A DNA stretch of 63,343 nt, filler included, from Chrysochromulina tobinii (Eukaryota): the NCBI GenBank assembly GCA_001275005.1. It is 9 parts of 9 records of this genome, joined end to end, with 100 filler letters (N's around TTAATTAATTAA, not from the genome) between each part and the next. Parts side by side here need not be neighbours in the genome. Positions count along the whole stretch, not along the records: positions 28,446 to 37,516 come from JWZX01000292.1; positions 37,617 to 46,145 come from JWZX01000293.1; 7 more parts are not named here. The stretch is one strand, 5' to 3'. The notes under the pieces are model-generated. The model saw only the letters and a list, made by a program, of their open reading frames with translations. It did no database searches and was not told where the DNA came from. This document shows positions 29,533 through 41,463 of this stretch, piece by piece (within the stretch, counting starts at the first letter, position 1; every line of letters starts with the position of its first letter). Made by a program: the position numbers and the translations under genes.

Positions 29533-32114
29533 TTAGCACCTCTCAAAAATCTTGTAGAGCTGCTCCGTGCATGCGACCTGCACGACGGCACCATTGGTGG
29601 CATGCACTGTTGGCGGCTCGTAAGAACGCCGCATGGCCGGCAGCAACACATGTTGGATTGCCCATGCGGCCGAGCACGCCTCTTCTGTTGGTCCATCCGC
29701 GTCTACGACTTCGAGCGCTGCGGGCTCCGCGGTGTCACCCACCTCGTCCACTCGGTAAAGTGTGGCAAGCTGCTTTGCGAGCCCATCGAAGCACGGCTGC
29801 TCTGCCGTCCAGTCGACCTCGTGCACAAGCCGCCTCACAAACGCAGGCAGCCCGTTGAGCGGCGGTACATAGCCATCGACGAGCTGAGGCAGTGCACAGA
29901 GCTGGCCGTCGAAAATCTCCACAGACAAGTATTCCAACAGCATCTCCGCCTTGCTGTCAAGGAGCGCCGCGGCTTGTGCAGCCGCGCGCCGTGCCGCGCG
30001 AGACGGCGCAGCGTCGAAGCGAACGGACGGCATCTCTGGAATCGCGTCGCTGGTGGCGCGACCGCGCACCTCCTCAGGCTCATCGACCTCCGCATCGCCG
30101 CCATCGGCTTCCTCAGCATCCTCAGCGTCGTCCGCGCCCTTGCGGGCGAGGGCCGCGCCAAGCAGGTAGAGATCGGCGACGCTCACTGGCGCTGCGAGAC
30201 GGATAGTGGCGAGGTTGCCCCAGCGACGAAGCGTCTGCTGGTAGAAGAAGGCCTCCGACGCGACACCTAGATGGACGATGTAAAGCTTGGTCAGGTGCTG
30301 CAAGAGCACATAGCGCCGGTCGACGATGCCGACGAACGTGTGCTGCGAGAAGAGGGCGTGCAGCCCGCGCGAAAGGTGCGCCGTCACCCGCCGAAGCAGC
30401 GCATGGATACTTGTGAGTTCGCACGAAACCCAGGGGCGTTGCTGCGCCGCCGGGTGTACGTGCCGCTTCGCCGCGCACGCATTTGGCTGCAAGATGAGTG
30501 TCTCTCGAGTCTCGCCGCAGGCGCTCGAGGGCTCGGGGGGGGCGATGTCCTCATTTCGGCGCCGCTTCCCGCTGGCAAGGCCTTGACCGCTAGCTTCGGC
30601 CTCGGCGCCCCTTGCACCCTTACTGCCGCCCCGATGTTCACCTTGGCTACCGCCGTGGGCGCTCTCTTGGGCGCTTTCCTTGTTGCCGCCCGGGCCAGCT
30701 GGTTGGCTGCCACCGGCATGGCCACTGCTGCTGGCGGCGTCCGAGGGCCGGCGTACGTACTTGTCAAGCTCGCCTGCCGTCATGGTCGTATTGGTTCGAA
30801 CAAGCTTGCGCGGGTCAGGGCCCGTCGCCGCCTTGCTGGCAGGCCGGGGTCCGGCGCTAGCGTCAGCGGCACCGCAAGTGCCACCCGCGTCGCTCGCGCC
30901 GCCTGCGCGCGAGGTGCCCGCATTGGCGCCTGCGACCGCGCCGGGCAGCACGGCCTGCGCGAGGAAGGTGCGCGCCCCGTTGGCGCCGGCCAGGAGCTCG
31001 CGGAGCATCGTCTGCACTGCGGCGACGACGGTCTCCTGTTCGAGGAAGAAGACCTCCCGCTTCGTCGGGTGCACATTGACGTCGAGCGCCGTTGGCGGCA
31101 GCCGCAGAGAAAGGTACACAAACGGGTGGCCACCCTTGGGTAAGCAGGCGGCGTAGGCTTCTTCGACGGCACGGCGCAGACTCGAGCTCTCGACGAGACG
31201 CTTGTTGATGAAGAGCAGGAAGGCGAGCTTCTTGGCGCTATGGCTGGCGTTGCTCACAAGCCCGCGCACCGTCAGGCCGACGCTCGGTTCGGCGCCCTCG
31301 ACGGGCAAGAGCTCTCGCGCTAGGCTCGCGCCAAACACCTGCCGTATTACGTCCGTAGTCGAGTGCTCGCGCAGCGTGCGCAGCTCGGCGCCACACTCGG
31401 TTCCCTTGCTACACGAGATCGCCACGCCTGCATTGTCAATCGCGTACGCCTGCACCACCTGGAGCAGCTTCCCGTACTCCTCCGCCACGCTCTTCATCGC
31501 ACTGCGCCGTGTAGGCGCGTTGTAGAACATGTCCTCGACGACGATGGTGGTGCCGCGTGTGCCCGCGCATGGCTTGGGCTCTGCGGCCTCGCCTGGCTTA
31601 GCCGACACGAGGTGGCCTTCGGCGAAGCACGCGCGATATGCGCAGGGCGACCCGTCGGTCATGCTCGTGATGGTGACGTGCGCCACATGCGATATGGACG
31701 CGAGCGCCTCGCCACGGAAGCCAAATGTCTCAATCTGCTGCAGGTCCTCGTACTCACGCAGCTTCGAGGTAGCGAACCTTTCACAGACCCGACCAAAGTC
31801 GTCACGCATGATGCCATGCCCTGTATCCTGGATCTGCAGAAGCTTGAGCCCACCACCCTTGGCCAGCACAGCAATCGACGTCGCGCCTGCGTCGAGTGAG
31901 TTCTCGAGCATCTCCTTGAGCTGCGCGCACGAGCAGGGCGTGGCATGTTAGTAGAGATGCGTCAGTGCTGCGTCTATGCTGCGTCTGTGCCAGAGTTTGA
32001 TCGCGGATCGCGCACAGCCGAAGCGGGACGGTGAATGACCTCGCCTGCCGCGATCCGGTTGATGCATTGCTGATCCAGCGGACGAATCCGTGGCTGCGAC
32101 ATCGCTCCCTCCAT
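29533..32114 (-). CDS. MLH1: DNA mismatch repair protein MLH1; exons 32016..32114 and 29533..31920
   Basis: INRIAAGEVIHRPASA|LKEMLENSLDAG, GFRGEALASIS, DVNVHPTKREV, C-terminal LYKIFERC; GTGCGC..CAG intron 31921..32015. Confidence 0.97.
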
Positions 32115-32291
32115 GGCGGATCGAAGCCTCCGCGTCCCTCCGACTATTCTCCTACGCGGGAAATCCGAAGATTTGCACATCGCGTCTTACATGTACCTTT
32201 CTTGCGAGGTCTTCAATATTTTGAGTTCTATGTACATGTACTTTGCTTGACTTTCACAGCCAACGTTCACACGCGCACGGAAGAAACCGCA

Positions 32292-32963
32292 ATGTCGACG
32301 GTGCGCTACCGTCTTCGCACCCGCCCTCCGTCATCGCCGCCCGCCGCCCGCCGCCCGCCCGCCCGCACACCTCACGCACCTCACGCGAGCGCCGCATGCT
32401 CGCGCACAGGGCGAGCACCTACTGCATGTGCTCAACACAATCAGCTCACGTAAGCTCGTGCTCGAAGCCGAGCTCAAGGAAATTGATGAGGACATCGCGT
32501 CTAATGAATCCATGTCGAGGAAGTACGGCGCGGAGTTCTTCACAGAGGGTGCTGCCCGGCTAGCGCAGTCGCGGGTGCGCGCTTGCGAATCGCTCTCTGC
32601 GCGGCGGCTTCCTAACGTGGATGGTTGGGTGTGTGAGTCCGCAGGCCGAAAAGCAACAGAAGCTCGCCGAGATCAAGCAGCAGCTGGCTGAAACCAGCAC
32701 GAGTGTGCGACAGGGGAAGCAGCTCCTGGGTGCGCTTGCCGAGAATTACGGCAACATGGTGCGCCATCTTAGATCCCCGTGCCCGCACGGCCGCAGATGC
32801 CACGATGCCTCCTGACGTGCGCCATCCCGTGCCACAGGCGCCGCCGACGTACATCAATCCTGAGGGTGGTCAGCTTTATACGCAGCAGTTTGTGACAACG
32901 CGCGGCGACAGCCCTGCTCGCGTGCTCACCACCAGCCCAATCTTGGCCGATAGGCGCGGCTGA
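32292..32963 (+). CDS. Small coiled-coil protein (~137 aa); exons 32292..32300, 32410..32574, 32645..32758, 32838..32963
   Basis: Three phase-0 GTGCGC..CAG introns join the ORF pieces in frame; divergent from MLH1. Confidence 0.65.
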
Positions 32964-33525
32964 GCTGAGCCTTTCAGGATGCCATCCTCATTTGCGAGTC
33001 AACATAGCCACCGGCACAGCTGCGGGCCCCCACGGACCACGGACGTCGTGGAGCGCACTGATTGGAGCATTAGGAGAGTACCGCCGCATCGGCCCGCAGT
33101 CTTCATGAAATGTGAGTTCCGCGTGCAATGGTCAGCCGGCCAGAGGAGCGGAGAGAGTCAGCAGAGAGTGCGTCCGGTCGGGAGTCTGAGTGTTGATCGA
33201 GACGCCCCCCGGCCTCCACAGTCGAGTCCGTGCGTCGTCCGCGCGGCGTGCGTGCCACGAAGTCGGGGCGGCGCGGGTTCGTAAACGTTTGGTCGCGGCG
33301 CGGAAACACATACTTTTGAAGGTGGAGCATAGTAGATAGTTACACTCGAATTTGGAAAATTGCCGTTTGAAAAGTACCTTGGTTACACATCAGAGCACAT
33401 GCCCTGGCAGGGTCTATCGTGCCGCGCCGTTATGCCGGCTACGCTACGTCGAGAGCTGCACGGGTTACGCGTGTGTGCGCCCTCGAGCACTCGGCGATTT
33501 AACCCGGAGCGAGCGGACCAGACGC

Positions 33526-34113
33526 TCAGTAACCATACTTGGCGAGAATGCTGTCACCCGGCACGGCCGCAGCGGTAGCAGCGGTCTTCGCGAGGGCCGC
33601 CTTCTTGGTGTCGTAATAGACAGCGGATGCCGCCTTCCTCTTCGCCTCGAGGCGGGCAACGACGTCCTGGTACTTCCAGCCAGTCTCGTGCGAGATACGG
33701 CCCAGCACGCAATAGCGGCGCCCCGGCTTCAGGCGCGTGACCCGGAACGCGTCGGGCACGACCATGCGCTTCATCTTGTCGTACGGCTCCGGGATCCCGT
33801 CGAAGCACTTGAGGCGCTCCATAGCCAACTTGCCGCGGTGCGACTTGTGCGGGATCATGCCGCGAATGGTGCGGTAGAAGATGCGCGCGGGCCCACGCAT
33901 GTGGAAGGGGCCGTGCGCCGGGTTGGTGTTCGTCGACTTGTTCAGCCGGTCGAGGAACTTCAGCTTGTTGCGGTAGAACGAGCCAGAGATGTTGATCTCC
34001 TCGCAGCGAACGCACACAACACGCTGACCCGAGAGGATCTGCTTCGCGATGATCGACGCCAGCCGACCAAAGAGGTGGTCCTTACCATCGATGACAACGA
34101 CCTTCTCGAACAT
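33526..34113 (-). CDS. RPL13A: 60S ribosomal protein L13a (uL13)
   Basis: [45 protein letters not shown]; probable 5'UTR intron 34119..34326. Confidence 0.97.
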   Translation of the reverse strand: MFEKVVVIDGKDHLFGRLASIIAKQILSGQRVVCVRCEEINISGSFYRNKLKFLDRLNKSTNTNPAHGPFHMRGPARIFYRTIRGMIPHKSHRGKLAMERLKCFDGIPEPYDKMKRMVVPDAFRVTRLKPGRRYCVLGRISHETGWKYQDVVARLEAKRKAASAVYYDTKKAALAKTAATAAAVPGDSILAKYGY

Positions 34114-34773
34114 GGTGCCTGCGATAGCGTGCGAACATCAGGCGTGAGAGTGTGGTCGCACGAGAGCATGGCCAATGAATGGCGCCAGGCAGCCCTCGGC
34201 TGCGAGCCCCACCGCGTTCGATGAAGGCACGCGCGGGGCGTCCGCGCTGTGCAATACGCGCCCCATCGAGCTCAGAGGCAGCGCGCGGAGGCGAGGGGAA
34301 GACGCGAGGGGCAAGGCGAGACGCACCAATACGAAGAGCCACGGAGTCAGCCTCAATTCCCACACGTCGGAAGGCATTGTGGGGAAAAGAGGCTCCATCG
34401 ACGTCTCCAAGGTGCGATGGCAGCCTTCTTGTCGTGGCCGACCGCGTGGCGCACGACGAGTGGCGCACGACGAGTGGCCGCATGAGTGGCCCGTGTGCGG
34501 CTGGCGCCCTGAGCAGCACGCGCTGCTGCTTTGCACTCGATCTGCCGCGCCTCAGGAGAGCGCACATGCTTGCAGCTGGCTGGTCCTCTGCCGCCCGGCT
34601 CTGCGTCGCTGCGCGCTGCGCTGCTCCAATGCGGCCTTGCGCTGCCTCGGCGGCGCGCTGCGGCCGTGCCTGCTCCGCTGGAGAGCTCCACCGAGCTCAT
34701 GCATCGAACGACGCAGGCTGACCTCATGCCGCCTTACCCCTGTGCAGCTTGCAAAGCGTCGTTGCGGGATACT

Positions 34774-35226
34774 ATGTCTGATAGCAAGTCCAAGGCTCCC
34801 AAGTTCCTCAAGGCCGGCAAGGTCGTGCTGCTGCTGAATGGTCGTATGGCCGGCAAGAAGGCGGTGATCGTCAAGACTTTTGATGAGGGCACGCCGGATC
34901 GCGCGTACGGCTACTGCCTTGTCGCTGGCATCCAGAGGTACCCGCTCAAGATTACCCGGTCCATGCCCGAGAAGAAGATCACAAAGCGCTCCAAGTTGAA
35001 GCCGTTCATCAAGGTTGTCAACTACACACATATGATGCCAACACGCTATGCGCTCGATGTGGAGCTCAAGTCGGTCGTCACGACCGACCTGATCAGCGGC
35101 AGCCAGAACAACCCGACAGCCCGGCAGAACGCACGCAAGGAGGTGAAGAAGCTGCTGGAGGAGAAATACAACAACTCTCTGAAGACGGGCAAGAACAAGT
35201 GGTTCTTTCAGAAGCTGCGGTTCTGA
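34774..35226 (+). CDS. RPL27: 60S ribosomal protein L27 (eL27)
   Basis: [44 protein letters not shown]; probable 5'UTR intron 34412..34747. Confidence 0.97.
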   Translation: MSDSKSKAPKFLKAGKVVLLLNGRMAGKKAVIVKTFDEGTPDRAYGYCLVAGIQRYPLKITRSMPEKKITKRSKLKPFIKVVNYTHMMPTRYALDVELKSVVTTDLISGSQNNPTARQNARKEVKKLLEEKYNNSLKTGKNKWFFQKLRF

Positions 35227-35729
35227 GCCGATGTCGTCGGTTCTGCAGGCTCTTTTAGGCGCGCCACGAGATTGGTGCACTCTTACGTACGACCGGCAAG
35301 AGGCGGTGACATTTTCCTCAACAAGCATGTGAAATTATGGTCCTTGTTACTTTCGCTTTTCTTCATAAAAGATCAGAACAAACAGCTCTCTTGCACAGTT
35401 TCTTACCCCCTGAACCCCGGGAGCGCGAGACAGTCTGGGAGCGTCTCCGCGCGTACCGTAGATCCGCGCCCGTCCAAAGCTCCGGCGCGATCCCCTTACC
35501 GCGTTACGACCGCCGGGCCGCGGATGCCCGATTGCCGTCGGGCGGTACAGCCGGGTATGGGTGTCCGCGGGGCCGGGGGGCGGCGCAGGTGTCTCGCGCG
35601 GTGCTGTGCAGCCAGAGCAAATCTCTCGTCGGTCAATCTCGTGGCCACTCAGCCATGGCGTGGCGGGCTGCTTGCGCACATCGCATCGCCGGCACGCGCG
35701 GCAGAGGGACCGGGGCTCGTTTTGCGCAT

Positions 35730-37010
35730 TCATTCTTGCTGCAAGTCCGCCCTTTTGAGGTACTCGATGCGCGAGATATCGGCCAGCTCCCCGCCCGCGG
35801 TCTCGAGCACCTCGTGCCAGAGCGGCTTCGGCAGCCCAAGGCACTGCTTGAGCGCCAGGGGGCGCGAGCACGAAATGGGGCACCACTGGCTCCCTGCGCA
35901 GCTCACAGAAAGCCGTCGGCCAACGAACCAACGCACATCGAGAGGAGAGAGCTGCCCCTCGAGCACCGCCTCCACTACAGCCGGCACACCGCCCGTGAAG
36001 ATGCGAGTACCGGGGGCTACCTCGACGGCGCCCGGCAGCTCCGAGCCGTGTACGCAAAGGCCGGCTGCCTCCTGTAGGTCGGGACCGCCCACGTACACGG
36101 CTGCCTCTCGTGCGAACGCGCTCAAAAACCTTTGAACGAAGGCGTCATCGTACTGCGGCGGGCCGTCGCGCGCCTCGTCAGCGCCGTTGAGGAGGAGCTC
36201 GGCGAGCTGCCTGCTCATACTGCGCGCAATCGGCCGATTGATAACGACCGCCTCCGATGCGACGCTGCTGCCCTCAGCGCCGCTGGCAACGCCTTCATCA
36301 GCCCGTAGCACGAGGGCCACCTCCTGCCAGGAGTCCTGTGCGTCCCTGTACAGCTTCAAAAGCTCGCGCTGCTCAACGCGAACCGCGTCCCACTGGATGC
36401 GGCCTCCACTCGCCTTGGAGGCCACCTCCTGAAGCCCGTCAGTCACGAGGCTCTCGGCAAGGCGGTGCATGTACATAGTGTTCGAAGACCATTGCTCGAG
36501 CAGCCGCGGCGTGCCCTTGCCATCACTGATAGCAGCGGCTTCCTCAGCCGGAAGCTCCGCCAGCAAGATGGCACGCAGCTTACCAGGCCAGTAGCTGCTG
36601 TCACCGGCTCGCATCTGCCGCATGAGCTGCGATGGCAGCGGCAGCCGGCAGATGAGGCCGCCTACCTCTATGCTGCCCGATTCGTGCGCCCATGCGCCCT
36701 CGAGGTACTCGGTCCAGAGCGCCTCATTCTGCTGCTTTAAGAGCTCTTCATTTTGCGGTGCGACGGCTATCCGCGCCTTGGTGGAAGCGGGGCTCTCGGC
36801 CGTCCTTTCTTTGCCGCCGTCCTCACCTGTAACCTGGATGCCTCCAGAGACAAGGCGCTGACGGAACTCCCGCCAGTCCGATGGCGATGGCGCACAGAGC
36901 TGTAGGTCGGTTCGGTGGCACTGCTGGCGTGAGGCATCGGCTCGGTGGGGATGCGCAGTGTGGAATGCGGCGGCGACCACCGCAGGGAGAAGTGCGAGGA
37001 GTGCAGCCAT
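35730..37010 (-). CDS. DUF179/UPF0301 (AlgH-like) protein, probably plastid-targeted
   Basis: Signal + AAAF cleavage-like motif; DWREFRQRLV, WAH, VYVGGP, LALKQCLGLPKPLWHEVLE. Confidence 0.8.
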   Translation of the reverse strand: MAALLALLPAVVAAAFHTAHPHRADASRQQCHRTDLQLCAPSPSDWREFRQRLVSGGIQVTGEDGGKERTAESPASTKARIAVAPQNEELLKQQNEALWTEYLEGAWAHESGSIEVGGLICRLPLPSQLMRQMRAGDSSYWPGKLRAILLAELPAEEAAAISDGKGTPRLLEQWSSNTMYMHRLAESLVTDGLQEVASKASGGRIQWDAVRVEQRELLKLYRDAQDSWQEVALVLRADEGVASGAEGSSVASEAVVINRPIARSMSRQLAELLLNGADEARDGPPQYDDAFVQRFLSAFAREAAVYVGGPDLQEAAGLCVHGSELPGAVEVAPGTRIFTGGVPAVVEAVLEGQLSPLDVRWFVGRRLSVSCAGSQWCPISCSRPLALKQCLGLPKPLWHEVLETAGGELADISRIEYLKRADLQQE

Positions 37011-37516
37011 CGCGCCGGACACGACCTTTTCACCGAAAACCACGAGGCACCCGTTCACCAGAACAAACGGTCTTCGCACCATTCAAGGCGCGCGCGCGGG
37101 ACCTTCGTGTTTTTCCTGACGTCCCTGTCCCGCCGTGCGCCGTCGAGTCTGTGCACACCCACGGGGGCTCGACGGACTCGCGGGACTCTCACCGGTCGCG
37201 CGTGCCGCGCGACGCGGTGGAGGCCGCCCGGCGGGGGCGGCCCCCGGCCCGACCGGACATGCGGACAAGGTCGTCACGGGAACCGAAGCGATCGTTATAC
37301 GATATCAATACGATATGAACTTGGATATGAAATTACGATGGATTCCGCGATCAAGGGAGTGTCTGTGAATTAGTCCATTTCGCTCGATTTGAGTCCATCG
37401 GAACTCTCGTTCGCTGTCTCGCCGCTATCGAACGAAGGCTTCGAAGCGTCAGCGCCTCTGGTGGCGCTGCGACGCAGCAAATCGCCCGCCGACGCGCGCC
37501 CCGGCCGGCCGCGAGC

Positions 37517-37616
37517 NNNNNNNNNNNNNNNNNNNNNNNNNNNNNNNNNNNNNNNNNNNNTTAATTAATTAANNNNNNNNNNNNNNNNNNNNNNNNNNNN
37601 NNNNNNNNNNNNNNNN
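37517..37616. other. Artificial contig spacer
   Basis: N44-TTAATTAATTAA-N44. Confidence 0.98.
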
Positions 37617-37839
37617 GCCGCGGGGGCGTACATCGCCTGCCCTGCGGGCATCGCCTGCCCAGCGGCCATCGGCATGAAGGTACCTGTAGGAAGCGGCTGG
37701 AAGGCCGGCTGCCGAGGCGGGTAACCGGGCGTCGGAGGCACCATGTTCGGGCGCATCATGCCCGCCATCGGCATCGGCATCTGCGCACGTGGGCACACGC
37801 GACGCACGGGTGTGAGTGCGACGCTGCGTGGTCAGAGCG
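37617..37839 (-). repeat. 223-bp duplicate of eIF4G-like intron/exon segment 40555..40777, running into the contig end
   Basis: Colinear copy with 3 substitutions seen; includes intron sequence, so DNA-level; A-run at the junction 37840..37849. Confidence 0.9.
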
Positions 37840-37850
37840 AAAAAAAAAAG

Positions 37851-38717
37851 AGGGCCCGGCCGGTTAAAGTACGCGTCGCCGTCGACTAGGACGACGCGGT
37901 TTGCGGCGACGGCGGGCAGTGCTGGCCACCAGTGGGTACTCTGGAGCCGCGCCGCCTCGCGCCGCGTCATGTCCAAGTCCAAGCCGCATGGGCACACGAC
38001 CACCAGCTCTGGCGCCGATGCGACCAACGCCTCGGCGCTCACGGCAAACGAGCGGCCCGCACCCGCGCCCGGCGCTTGGGGCGCTGTCTCGGGCGCCTCG
38101 TTGAGAGGGTGGCGCCCGCCCGCGCGCCGAATCATCTGCGGAGTCCAATGGCCACCCACGTAGATCGGGTCTGGCCATTCGATGAACGCGACCGACGGCG
38201 GCGGCTTGGCTGATGCGTGCACGAGTTCGTCCACGGCGCGCACGCGGGCCACCAGCGCGGCGTGCGCCGCCCGGGCTTCGGATTCCATACCGACGGCCAA
38301 CCCAAGCTGCAGCACAATGTCAAGCACGTCATCGAGCGACTCGGGGTTGAGCGAGACCACCAGCGGCCGCGGGTCCATAGACTGCGCAAGGCGCTCGACC
38401 GTCATGAGGTCGATGGCGCACACGCTGCAAATATCCTGCGTGAGGATGACGTCGGGAGCGAGCTCTTTCAGGAGCTGCTCGTCCAGCGTGTAGAGCGACT
38501 GTCCGCTCGATAGCGAAGCAGAGACTTGCGCGTCCACATCGGCGGCGGTCGTGTAAGCGGTCTTCTGGCCAGTCAACACTGGTAAGTGCGTTATTTCCGG
38601 CGGATAGTTGTCCTCGTGTGAGCGGCCGACGAGCAGATGGCCGCCACCGATGAAACATAGCGCTTCCGTGGCCGAGGGCAGCACCGAGCAAACTCGCAGC
38701 TGTCGGCGGGCCGGCAT
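37851..38717 (-). CDS. BtuF-like cobalamin/Fe-siderophore periplasmic-binding-fold protein, 3' truncated at the duplication junction
   Basis: SVLPSATE, VGRSHE, PDVILTQDICSVCA, GGHWTPQMIRRAGG, CPCGLDL, VDGDAYFNRPGP, then a T-run and the duplicated eIF4G segment. Confidence 0.85.
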
Positions 38718-38834
38718 CACACCCGCTCTGCGCCTGTTAATAAACAAAGAGAATCTATGAATAGGAGCGTCTGAAGCGGCCCTCCCGCACTTTCTCGCAG
38801 TATGTATGGCTCCGCCGCTCCCGGTCAAACACAT

Positions 38835-39008
38835 GTACTGAGTACTCCAAGGGGGTACTCGCTCCCGGCACCCTACCGGCACCCGGGGGACTATACCATG
38901 GCCCGATCATGGGGGCTTCTATATGAATGCATGTACTCAATTATTGCTCGCGGTGACTAGAGGTCGGTCTTAGGTCGGTCTCAGCACTCGGGGTCGGTCT
39001 CTCCCAGC
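38835..39008. repeat. Dispersed motif pair, copy 2 (with 3x ggtcggtct)
   Basis: gtactgagtactc at 38835 and ggtcggtctctcccagc at 38992..39008, as at 18672..18744. Confidence 0.55.
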
Positions 39009-39898
39009 GGCGCACAGCGGGCACAGCAAATATGGAGCTTCTCTAGTGTCTTGAGCTTGATCTCGACCTTCTTTCTCACGCGTCTCGAGGGCGCCTGTCA
39101 GCGAACCCGGCGAAGCCTGACGACCTCGACCATCCGGTACTGAGAACCCCCTCTGCCCGGCTGCTCGTGGATCCCGCACCTGAATGGCTTACTACCACAC
39201 AGGAAAGTTTTTTCAGCGCTCACACCGACGGTGTTGATTGAGGATACGGCCCGCGGCCGCTGCGCGCTGGGCGACCGCAGACCGGGCGATAAACCGGGCG
39301 ATAAACCGGGCGACGGTCGCGCCACGCCGAAAAGGCGCGCCCTCTCCTGATACCGCGACCTGAGAGCTGAGTCCGGTCAGAGCTGCCTCCTGTGCTGGAA
39401 CGTGAAACTCAAACTGAAAGCCTGTAATGTGTAAACGAGTCGACATGGGACCGGACTCATGCCGTTCGGTCCCGCCGAGCGCCGTGTATTGCACATCGCG
39501 CTTCGCACAGAGCTCTGGAGGTATACAAGGTCAAACTCAAAGTATACCAAGATAGCTAAGAGGGATCGAACGTAGCACCGCGGACAGGGGACGGCATACA
39601 CGGGCACACAAACCTCTGAGAACACACTCTCTCTCCGCCTTCACGTCGTCGTTAGACCAATCCGTCAAACCGTGTATGGGACAAGGCGCGCTCGCGCCCA
39701 ATCGTACGAATATCGCAATATCTCGAGGCTCCCCTCCGACTCCGGACCCACGGAATGACGCAACCATGTTACGTTGTCTCCACCCCTGAAGCTCCACATA
39801 TAGTCATAATAGATCTTCTCATCGCAATAGTCGCACGCCTCATCCCAGCACATCCCCACGCGCGGCCCTCGCGGGCGTGTCCTCCGTTGGAAAAGAAG

Positions 39899-41463
39899 TC
39901 ACTCGTTGGCTATCGAAAGCCACTGCAGGAACTCGTTCACCTGGAAGAGCGCGGTATTTTTGCCCGGCGTTTCGTCGACGACGTCCTCGCGCCACACGAC
40001 GTACGCATCCTCAAAGATGATGTCAGTCTCGTACAGGTTGTAAAATACCTTTTTCATGAGGTCCTGCGGCCAGCCGAGGCGGGTAACCGGATGTGGGAGG
40101 CACCATGTGTGCACGGCGCGCCTTGAAGGGCGGTGGCGTGGGCTTGGCGGGTTTCAGCGGCGGCGCGGGCTGCGGCGGCGCCTCGCCCGGTGCCAGCGCC
40201 ATCGAGGCCTCTGGCGGCTTCGGCTTCGCATAGGGAAGGTCGATCGCCTCGCCCGTCGACGGATCCGCGATCTGGATGGCCGATGACTTGCGTGGGGGGG
40301 CCGCTGGCTGCGCGAGCGCGGACGACCCTCCTGCCCCGGGCAGCGGCGCACCCTTGCCCGGGATGGCCATCGCGGCGCCGGTAGGCGCGGCATCCGGCAC
40401 CACAGGCCGCATGCCGCCGCTCGCCGCGATCGGGCGCATGCTGCCCTGCGACAGTGGCATCCCAGCAGCTCCTCCCGTCGGTGGCGCTCCGTACATGTTG
40501 CCGCCGGGCGGGCCGCCCGGCACGGCGCGTGGGCCCGCCTGCGCCGCGTAGCCCGCCGCGGGGGCGTACATCGCCTGCCCTGCGGGCATCGCCTGCCCAG
40601 CGGCCATCGGCATGAAGGTACCTGTAGGAAGCGGCTGGAAGGTCGGCTGCCGAGGCGGGTAACCGGGCGTCGGAGGCACCATGTTCTGTCGCATCATGCC
40701 CGCCATCGGCATCGGCATCTGCGCACGTGGGCACACGCGACGCACGGGTGTGAGTGCGACGCTGCGTGGTCAGAGCGGCGGCAGGGCCTTGCCGCAAGCC
40801 AAGGACGTCCGAAGTGGCTGTGTGACTGTTCACGAGTCGCATACGCCTTGCTAGCTCGTGCCGTGCGTGAGTTCGGGTGGCGGTGCGTCTGCCACTGTGC
40901 TCGCAAGCGTGCGCGCTCGATGCAGCAGCTGTGCCGTGCCTGGCACGGCCGCGCGTGGCATCGAAGCTCATGCTGAGGCGACGTGCTGTGAGGTGCTCAC
41001 CGGTGCCATCGGCTGGTACATTGTTGGGTACATCGGCATGGTGGGCTGGCCTGCGGTTGACCGAGCGGCACGAGACGATCAGGCGCGTGAGCTGCAGGGC
41101 AGTCAGGCAGCGTTGGGCTGCTGATGAGCTCGAGCTCCCAGCTCCCAGGCGCTGGCGGCCAGTGTGGTCCAGGCCCAGCACGTACCTTGCATCGGTGTTG
41201 TATAACGAGGCATACCTGTGGGAGCCATGCCACCTGTGGAACGTCAGGCACCAGGCGCGGCTCAGTTGGCTACGGACGTGGCATATTGGCTGCTTGGCGC
41301 ACAGGACAGTCCAGTAGCGGCGCAATCTCGGCTTACGTGGCATGTTCATTGGCATGGGCTGCCCTTGCGGAAGTCCCGCGGGACCTCTGCCGGTCTGACC
41401 ACCACGGCCGCCTTGACCGCGGCCGCCTTGGCCACCACGCGGTTGGAAGGGTGGTTGAGACAT
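39899..41463 (-). CDS. Internally deleted eIF4G-like gene (N-terminal P/M/Q-rich region + W2 C-terminus); exons 41337..41463, 41186..41215, 41001..41050, 40122..40718, 39899..40063
   Basis: RKSSAIQIADPSTG (eIF4G N-terminal-like); FYNLYETDIIFEDAYVVWRED..PGKNTALFQVNEFLQWL (W2); phases are consistent if the last intron is GC-AG; no MIF4G/MA3 present. Confidence 0.7.

Noticed and set aside
34119..34747. Intronic snoRNAs in ribosomal protein gene introns
   Set aside because: No convincing box C/D or H/ACA arrangement seen by eye; a covariance-model search would be needed.
39540..39860. Cys-containing short ORFs between the BtuF-like and eIF4G-like genes
   Set aside because: Interrupted by stops, with no recognisable family.
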